A stretch of DNA of 64,000 nucleotides. It comes from a virus. Made by a program: the position numbers and the translations under genes. The stretch is from the IMG/VR virus record IMGVR_UViG_3300024346_000007. The stretch is one strand, 5' to 3'. The notes beneath the pieces were generated by a model. That model did not search any database. It worked only from the letters and a program-made list of their open reading frames with translations, and was not told the DNA's origin. Position 1 is the stretch's first letter; each line of letters starts with the position of its first letter. Below are positions 57,801 to 64,000 of the stretch, in pieces.

Positions 57801-58355
57801 CTATTTGTCCTTTTTAGGAGCTTTTTTCTTAGGGGCGTTCTTCATTTGATTTTCCTTATCTTTAAAATTATTCTTTTTAATTTCAATAGGAAGATCATTA
57901 CGATTCTTTTTCTTCGCTTTGTACTCGATCATATCAAGACGAGTATAATAGTTTGGATCCTCAGCAAGATGGTCTAAAGCGATTTCTTTTGCTTTATCAA
58001 TGTCGTCAGTATGCTCAAGCTCATGCTTCCATCCTTTCGTAAACTCATAATAGTTTACATCATCAGCTGTTAGCTTATCTCCTTTACCACCTTTAAGTTT
58101 TTGCTTTTTACCTTCGGTAAGAGATTCCTGTAGTGCTTTAAACGCACTAAAGAAATTATAGCCAGTCTTTATTTCTGATTTAGCGTTGGGGTCAGATATG
58201 TGTCCTCTTCCTTTCAATTTAGATACAGTATCTTTATATGACATTGTGTTGGTCAACATATCATTGTACGTAGGGTTTCTCCTAACGTGCCAAAGAAATT
58301 CTGATTCAGTCATTTGCTCATTCAATACCTTTTGGTATAATTGCTGTGTTGTCAT
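57801..58355 (-). CDS. Head-region protein with a DUF5661-like domain
   Basis: GWKHELEHTDDIDKAKEIALDHLAEDPNYYTRL. Confidence 0.6.
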   Translation of the reverse strand: MTTQQLYQKVLNEQMTESEFLWHVRRNPTYNDMLTNTMSYKDTVSKLKGRGHISDPNAKSEIKTGYNFFSAFKALQESLTEGKKQKLKGGKGDKLTADDVNYYEFTKGWKHELEHTDDIDKAKEIALDHLAEDPNYYTRLDMIEYKAKKKNRNDLPIEIKKNNFKDKENQMKNAPKKKAPKKDK

Positions 58356-58588
58356 TATAGTTCCTTTTTAAATAGTCTTTTATATTCTAGAGCTAAGTCA
58401 ATATCTTCAGACTCAGCAACTTTTTTCTTCATTAATCCTTTTTTTCTCTTAGCCTTAGTCCCACCTGCACCGCCAAACCCAAATTTAGTAGCCATGCCTT
58501 CTCCTTCTCCTGGATTAGCATGTCCTTGATCTGCTGCTGGAGCTCCTCCGCCTGTAGAAGACATCTCTTTCATATCTTTCTTAGACAT
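58355..58588 (-). CDS. Small head core-like protein
   Basis: KEMSSTGGG start; translationally coupled on both sides. Confidence 0.55.
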   Translation of the reverse strand: MSKKDMKEMSSTGGGAPAADQGHANPGEGEGMATKFGFGGAGGTKAKRKKGLMKKKVAESEDIDLALEYKRLFKKEL

Positions 58589-59423
58589 TTTCCATCTCTT
58601 TTTCTAGTTCATAATAATGAAGTAGGTTTTCTAAGTCTAGATCACAAACTTGCTTGTGTTGTGGTATAGGCTTTATTATGTTTACTACTTCCTGTAGCTT
58701 AACTTTCCTCACTTCATCTGATATTTTAGATGATAGATTGGTTAATTTAGTCTTTAGTTTTGTAAATTCTTCATTTACATATTCTTTAAAAGTATCAGGA
58801 GTTGATATATTATTTATATATTCTTTTAAAAGCTTCTTCTGTTTTGAGTTAAACTGAGTATACTTCTCGTTGAATTTCTGTACCATTAGCTTATACACTA
58901 AAGCTTTGGTGCCTTTATCGTAACCCTCGTATTCTTCCAATACCGGGTCTTTGCTCTTGGTTTTTACACCATCGCAAATGTCTTCCATAATGGAAAACTT
59001 ATATTTCACTTGGTTTTCAGGATCAATATTGTCAGATTGGTACATCTCAAACATCATATATACAGATGCTAAAGTCTTGTAGTTGTCAATCTTAGATTTA
59101 AAGAACTCCTCAATGTCGTAGTTCTCCTTAATCTGAGATATTAGCTTATACTTTTGAGTATTTAGAAGGCTCTTATTAAGCTTCTTATGTGCTTCTATAG
59201 CAGATTCTATGACAATATTGGCTTTTGCTTCGGATAGGTTCTTGTTGTTCAAAAGAGCCTTGTATATCTTATACTCCTTAGCAATAGCGTTATTGTTAAA
59301 GTTGTTTTTCAGAATGTCCACGGCTTTGGATTCCCTGTTATTAAGCGTATCACTAGTGATTTGCCTAACAAGCAATTCAAACAAAAGGCCGGTATTCCGA
59401 AGTTTATTATGTTTAAGCTTCAT
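58581..59423 (-). CDS. Conserved head-region hypothetical protein
   Basis: KHNKLRNTGLLFELLVRQIT; follows the portal gene; late motif upstream. Confidence 0.7.
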   Translation of the reverse strand: MKLKHNKLRNTGLLFELLVRQITSDTLNNRESKAVDILKNNFNNNAIAKEYKIYKALLNNKNLSEAKANIVIESAIEAHKKLNKSLLNTQKYKLISQIKENYDIEEFFKSKIDNYKTLASVYMMFEMYQSDNIDPENQVKYKFSIMEDICDGVKTKSKDPVLEEYEGYDKGTKALVYKLMVQKFNEKYTQFNSKQKKLLKEYINNISTPDTFKEYVNEEFTKLKTKLTNLSSKISDEVRKVKLQEVVNIIKPIPQHKQVCDLDLENLLHYYELEKEMENV

Positions 59424-59449
59424 TGTATATTGATCTTCTATAAATATTA

Positions 59450-61306
59450 CTAAATATCGTGATTAATAAGGTTACTTTCATCTAATAGCCCTGATTCTTG
59501 ATCTTTTTGTTCATATAGAACAATTTTCTTTTTTCTTTTGCCTTCTAGGCCTCTCAGAGCGGACTCTAATGCAAACGGTTTTACTTTATCTACCCTAGTT
59601 TTGTCAAACGGAGTGTCTGGTTTCATACCTTTAGAACCTAGCGGATCCCTACCAAAAGCAGATTTATCGCTTTTAAATATAGATGCTTTCTCTTTAGGTC
59701 TGCCTACTGGGTTTTTTTCAAACTCATCGTATGGATCTGGCACATCTAGATTAGGATCTTCCTTCCCACCATCTGAATATACAGATGCTAAGTCGTGTGG
59801 CGTACCATAAGACTCTCCAGAGATAGAAGGGTCGTTACCTTCATTTTCTATTTGGTTATATCTGAAGGTTCTCTTGACGTCTTCTGCTATAAGATCTCTC
59901 TGTTCGTTAATCTGATCTTCGGACATCTGGAATATCTTATCTCCGACCCAATCAGAAGAGAATAGCTTCTTATCCATGATATTTCCAGCAAGATCAACCT
60001 TCTCTTTAAGGAGGGCTATCTTTTCTTGTTCGTAGATTATCGATGGGTTATTCAATTCAAGGTTAAAATTAAGAAGATCAGCGTCTTCAAAACCTTGAAC
60101 ATATAGATGAATTATCGCTATTTTTTCTAATTCACTGATTATAATCCTCTGTAAACGTTCAACTGTGCGACTAAACCTTACATCTAATGCACTAATAGTT
60201 GATTTACCGTTAAGCTCGTCTGAGTAGTTTAGGAACGATTTAGGCACTTTCATAGAACCTAGCATAAGATCCCTAAGGAACTCAACGTCTTCTATACCAG
60301 CGTACTCTAAGCCTTTTGTAGTGTCTATCTTTGTAGTATTGTCTCCAGGTCTTACAGGGATGTAGAAGTCTTCCATCATGTTCTGTACATTGAACTTCAG
60401 GTTATAGTCTCCTGTTTGTTGATCTACAAATGGAGTTTTCTTCATTCCAGTAATAGTCTGTTGTACAAACGCATTAACTTCATTAGGAGGTATATTACCT
60501 ACGTTAATGTAGAATACACGCTTCTCAGGAGCCCTCATAATCCTATGCAATAGCATAGCATCCATCATAAGGGTATACTGCTTAAAATACTTCCTTGCAG
60601 GCTCTATATAAGATCTACCAAAAGGAAGATAGTTTGTATCAGTTAATAATCTAAAGTGAGCTATCTCAAAGTTCTCAAAAGACTCTTTATTTTTAGTAGC
60701 AGTGGTTCCACCAGCTACAGCAACTGGGTCATATATGAATTTAATATATGATGGGTTATTTGGATCTTGTCCTTCTTCACGAATCATATCATATACTGAT
60801 AAAGGTCTTACCCCATATACTCCAAACTTCTCAGCAATATCTAATTTCAAAAAGAAGTCACCATATTTACACATAGACCTTATCCACATAGGTAGATTAA
60901 ATTCTACATTTAATACCTGATAGAATAGATTGTATAAGATTTTCTGGATATTCTCATTAGAACTTCTGATCTTTAGAACTTCGTTAGTGTCTCCTTTTAG
61001 GGTAGCTTCTTCACATAATATATCCAGTACTGAAGATACTAGACCGTCTGTGTCCATGGCTTCATAGTCTGCGTACAACTGGAGTCTTAGAGTTTGGTAG
61101 TTTAACGTTGGGTTAAACTGCATCCTTTGACCTGCTTTATGTAGCCTTGTGAATCTATCTACTAGAGAGTTTGTCTGCAGCTGTCCGAAAGATTGTATTC
61201 TCTCTACGTCCATTACTCGCAGCTGCTTACCTCCAACATTTCTTACGACAACGTCAGTGGAGAATAAACGTTTGAGCCTGGGAAAAAGCGACTTATCTAC
61301 CGGCAT
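59450..61306 (-). CDS. Portal protein (T4 gp20-like)
   Basis: YEAMD, MCKYGDFF, PFGRSYIE, HRIMRAPEKRVFYINVGNIP, MEDFYIPVR, DVRFSRTVERLQ. Confidence 0.95.
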   Translation of the reverse strand: MPVDKSLFPRLKRLFSTDVVVRNVGGKQLRVMDVERIQSFGQLQTNSLVDRFTRLHKAGQRMQFNPTLNYQTLRLQLYADYEAMDTDGLVSSVLDILCEEATLKGDTNEVLKIRSSNENIQKILYNLFYQVLNVEFNLPMWIRSMCKYGDFFLKLDIAEKFGVYGVRPLSVYDMIREEGQDPNNPSYIKFIYDPVAVAGGTTATKNKESFENFEIAHFRLLTDTNYLPFGRSYIEPARKYFKQYTLMMDAMLLHRIMRAPEKRVFYINVGNIPPNEVNAFVQQTITGMKKTPFVDQQTGDYNLKFNVQNMMEDFYIPVRPGDNTTKIDTTKGLEYAGIEDVEFLRDLMLGSMKVPKSFLNYSDELNGKSTISALDVRFSRTVERLQRIIISELEKIAIIHLYVQGFEDADLLNFNLELNNPSIIYEQEKIALLKEKVDLAGNIMDKKLFSSDWVGDKIFQMSEDQINEQRDLIAEDVKRTFRYNQIENEGNDPSISGESYGTPHDLASVYSDGGKEDPNLDVPDPYDEFEKNPVGRPKEKASIFKSDKSAFGRDPLGSKGMKPDTPFDKTRVDKVKPFALESALRGLEGKRKKKIVLYEQKDQESGLLDESNLINHDI

Positions 61307-61353
61307 AATTATTAGTAATTTATCATTTTAATATATATAAATATCGAGTATTA

Positions 61354-62934
61354 TTATAATAGCCAGGTAATATCTTCCTGTTGACCATTTACATTCATGT
61401 TATATGGGTTCACAAATTGGTTCTGGTTAGGTGCATTATTTTTACCCACTCCTGACACTCTTGATATATTGTTTAGTAAAGCCCTTTGCATATCTATTCC
61501 TTTATTTTTATAATGAATAGCACTATCCCTAAGGAACATCCCTATAGCATAGGCCATTACACAGTCATCATGGTATCCAGATTGAGCTTGTGGCTTACTG
61601 TTTTTCCATATAAAGGTAGACATTTCTGAGACTAATCTTCTAGAATTAACAGATATACTGTGATCTCTTATGTATTGTTTGAAAGATAGTAGAACTTCCG
61701 GTCTTGTTTTTGTGGATGTTGTAAATCCAGGAGTCATTTTACTGGTATCGTAGTTGTACATCTGGGTGATGTACTGCGATACATTTAGAGTATCCCCTTT
61801 AGGAGAATAGTATATATTATTATAATTCAATTCTAGAACATCTGTTATCGTAGCATGTCCTAAACCTGTGTTTTCTACGATTAAAAGGGCACTGTTGTAT
61901 TCAGTGGCTATGGCTACAGCAAACTTAGATAGGCTTTTGGTGTCCATATCTCCTCTATACTCAGCTATTTGAGATCCGCTAAACACATCTATGACTTGTA
62001 TTACAGAAGAGTCAGAACCGTCTCCTTTAGCCGTATCTATGATCAGCATATAATTACCATCTGGTTTAGGGTATTCCCATATCCAATAATCTTTGTGAGG
62101 GCCTCTTTGTTCTATAGGATCTTTTGTTCTTTCTGTGTAGTATTCTAAGTCTTCTGCTTCAAAATAGGTATCTCCAGAAGATATAAAATTACAGTCGCAC
62201 TCTTGTGCAGCCATTCTTTTACCTAATTCCTTATCTTGATCTTCTCTCCATTTTTGATTTCTGCTTGGGTGTACACTCCACGGTAGCCTAACAGGGAGGA
62301 AATTATTATCTTCTGATTCTGCGCCTACCCATTGTTGGTGGAACCACTGTCCGACTCCATTTGGAGTAGATAATACAATAGCCCTACCACCAGTTGCAAG
62401 GGTTTGCTGTGCTGATCCCCATAAATCCTCAGCATTTTCAATGAAGGCTGCCTCATCTAATACTAGCACATTAGCAGTATAACCCCTGGCACTCTCAGAG
62501 GCTCCAGAAGCTGCTTTAATCTTTGATCCATTGTTTAGGATAAGAGTTAATTTATTGTCTTCTACTGAAGGTATTTTAATCCAACTTGGTAGATTATCAT
62601 AAGCAAATCTTACTTTATCTACTATATTTCTAGCTTTTTCTTGTGTAGGAGCCAGTGCTAAGATAGATTGATCTTTCTTAAAGGTCATTAGCCACAGAGC
62701 GTATGCAGCAGTAAGAGTAGTAATACCAAGCTGTCTTGATTTGAGGATAAGAGTTCTATCGTGCTTGTTAAGTAGGAATAATAACTTTTCTTGGAATACA
62801 TATGGATTGAATAACATTCGACCTTCACTGGTCTGTATATATACAAATTTCTTTAGAAAATATACGGGGTCAGCAGCACATTTTAAGTACTCTTCCCTGA
62901 TTATTTCTTTTATGGATTTTTCTTGATCCGACAT
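61354..62934 (-). CDS. terL: Terminase large subunit (T4 gp17-like)
   Basis: ILKSRQLGITT (Walker A), LVLDEAAF (Walker B), LSTPNG, nuclease DTAKGDGSDSS and HDDCVMA. Confidence 0.95.
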   Translation of the reverse strand: MSDQEKSIKEIIREEYLKCAADPVYFLKKFVYIQTSEGRMLFNPYVFQEKLLFLLNKHDRTLILKSRQLGITTLTAAYALWLMTFKKDQSILALAPTQEKARNIVDKVRFAYDNLPSWIKIPSVEDNKLTLILNNGSKIKAASGASESARGYTANVLVLDEAAFIENAEDLWGSAQQTLATGGRAIVLSTPNGVGQWFHQQWVGAESEDNNFLPVRLPWSVHPSRNQKWREDQDKELGKRMAAQECDCNFISSGDTYFEAEDLEYYTERTKDPIEQRGPHKDYWIWEYPKPDGNYMLIIDTAKGDGSDSSVIQVIDVFSGSQIAEYRGDMDTKSLSKFAVAIATEYNSALLIVENTGLGHATITDVLELNYNNIYYSPKGDTLNVSQYITQMYNYDTSKMTPGFTTSTKTRPEVLLSFKQYIRDHSISVNSRRLVSEMSTFIWKNSKPQAQSGYHDDCVMAYAIGMFLRDSAIHYKNKGIDMQRALLNNISRVSGVGKNNAPNQNQFVNPYNMNVNGQQEDITWLL

Positions 62935-62935
62935 C

Positions 62936-63364
62936 TTATTTCACAACAGCAAATCCTAAAGCTAGTAATACCAATCCTAAAGATAGTTTTTTAGCTAGCT
63001 TTTGCTTTTTTAAATCAGTTTTTAAATTAGATATATTAGAAGCATATACTTTCTCTTTATCCTCTTGTATTTTTATAATACCCTTATACTTGTCTATCTG
63101 CTCGTCTTTGTTTACTATTATATAATCTTTATAAGTATTTATAGATTTTAAAATATCTATATTATCTAATAATATACGCCTCTCAATTTTGATAGCATCT
63201 AAATATACTAAATCTTTTGCTACCTTCTTGGCTATATCTTTATGCAGCTTTACGGTATCGTTATTTGGTACCTGTTGTATCTTTATATCTATCTGAGAAA
63301 AACTGCTCAAGCTGATTAATGTCATAGCTGTCAACAGACTGAATTTGTATTTCATATGTTTCAT
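62936..63364 (-). CDS. Secreted coiled-coil protein with a C-terminal TM helix (possible spanin-like partner)
   Basis: Signal peptide ...LISLSSFS|Q; C-terminal LSLGLVLLALGFAVVK; overlaps the upstream gene by up to 104 nt. Confidence 0.55.
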   Translation of the reverse strand: MKHMKYKFSLLTAMTLISLSSFSQIDIKIQQVPNNDTVKLHKDIAKKVAKDLVYLDAIKIERRILLDNIDILKSINTYKDYIIVNKDEQIDKYKGIIKIQEDKEKVYASNISNLKTDLKKQKLAKKLSLGLVLLALGFAVVK

Positions 63365-63596
63365 ATATTTTTCTGACTTTACCTTGATTATCTCTTATTT
63401 TATCTTCGGCTAACTGCACCTTATGTTCAAGAGTATCTATTTTTAGTTGAGATATTTTAATAGAATCTTGTTTAATTTGTATTTCTACATTTAAGCTATC
63501 TATAGCTTGTTCATATTTAGAATCATCGTAAGATCCTGGGTATAGAAGTGCGATAGCTATTATTACTATAATGCCTGTTATAATGTACTGTTTCAT
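63261..63596 (-). CDS. N-terminally anchored coiled-coil protein (i-spanin-like)
   Basis: MKQYIITGIIVIIAIALLY followed by heptad repeats. Confidence 0.55.
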   Translation of the reverse strand: MKQYIITGIIVIIAIALLYPGSYDDSKYEQAIDSLNVEIQIKQDSIKISQLKIDTLEHKVQLAEDKIRDNQGKVRKIYETYEIQIQSVDSYDINQLEQFFSDRYKDTTGTK

Positions 63597-63597
63597 T

Positions 63598-64000
63598 TTA
63601 TTTCATTGAATCTTCCCAAAATCTAAATGCTATATTTCCACGAAGATAGGCATCTTTTTCCATATTCAAAAGATGTTTATCATTTTCTGCATACTTTGGG
63701 TCGGATAATGCATTAATGTTGTTTTGATCAAACATTCCAGAAAGGTTCTGGTTATGGTGTATCAGTTCGTGTGCATAGCTTCTCAAAACATCTTTTATGT
63801 GTCTGCCTGCTACAAATAATGTCACAGATCTCTGTGTTGGGTCGTAATAAGCAGTTTTTCCAAAAGGATCATTAGCATTTTCAGTAGTTGCTGCTATGGT
63901 TACTTTTGGATAGGGCATTATAGTTATGCCTGAATTTTGTATATACTCAGCCAAATTAAGCAAGTATGGAACAATATTTTGTCCAGATACCTGTACGTCT
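63598..64000 (-). CDS. HExxH zincin-like protein, 5'-truncated by the window edge
   Basis: KTAYYDP...RHIKDVLRSYAHELIHH...MEKDAY. The frame stays open upstream of TTG 63963 to the window end. Confidence 0.65.
   Translation of the reverse strand, partial: DVQVSGQNIVPYLLNLAEYIQNSGITIMPYPKVTIAATTENANDPFGKTAYYDPTQRSVTLFVAGRHIKDVLRSYAHELIHHNQNLSGMFDQNNINALSDPKYAENDKHLLNMEKDAYLRGNIAFRFWEDSMK

Larger units (their letters stand above)
1329..61343 (-). promoter_or_regulatory. Dispersed late-gene motif TATTTATA/TATTTATT on the sense strand, about 20 intergenic copies
   Basis: Plus-strand TATAAATA at 1329, 2379, 3919, 3939, 4573, 5120, 9112, 12525, 20857, 22576, 29271, 37616, 47020, 50645/50651, 51364, 54308, 59439, 61336. 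Variant AATAAATA at 7418, 8721, 54273. Each lies upstream of a minus-strand start. Confidence 0.75.

Noticed and set aside
47426-62926. Plus-strand ORFs antisense to head, portal and terminase genes
   Set aside because: Fully overlapped by well-supported minus-strand genes and lacking recognisable motifs.
1-64000. Stop-codon reassignment (TAG/TGA) as in some large phages
   Set aside because: Core genes are full length in the standard code, and TAG ends genes at expected positions (e.g. tail tube).
1-64000. tRNA or rRNA genes
   Set aside because: No intergenic space or cloverleaf-like sequence recognised.

Overview
This window is the virion morphogenesis region of a large, AT-rich T4-like myophage. 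Nearly all real genes are on the minus strand, and the standard genetic code gives intact genes. Read right to left it holds: terminase, portal, putative internal head proteins, prohead protease, scaffold, major capsid protein, PhoH and neck/tail-completion genes. Next comes a ~38 kb accessory block with three giant (Gly-Ser/Thr-Ser/Thr)n fibre proteins, seven LamG/ConA paralogs, a Pro/Thr mucin-like protein, a GIY-YIG homing endonuclease and two glycosyltransferase/methyltransferase operons. The window ends with tail sheath, tail tube, tail assembly chaperones and the 5' part of the tape measure gene. TAnnTTTG promoters and Q-rule signal peptides point to a Bacteroidetes host. Best candidates for new biology: (1) a phage-encoded protein O-glycosylation system (Aah/TibC-type heptosyltransferase, Maf-like, GT4 and GT8-like enzymes, methyltransferases) under host-type promoters, interleaved with Ser/Thr-rich virion substrates; (2) an A9G -1 recoding site that adds a protease-site plus signal-peptide cargo domain to a head protein; (3) a +1/-2 frameshift in the tail chaperone pair; (4) a late motif that is the reverse complement of the T4 late promoter; (5) structured 5' leaders on fibre genes. 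All family assignments come from motif recognition by eye, not from database searches.
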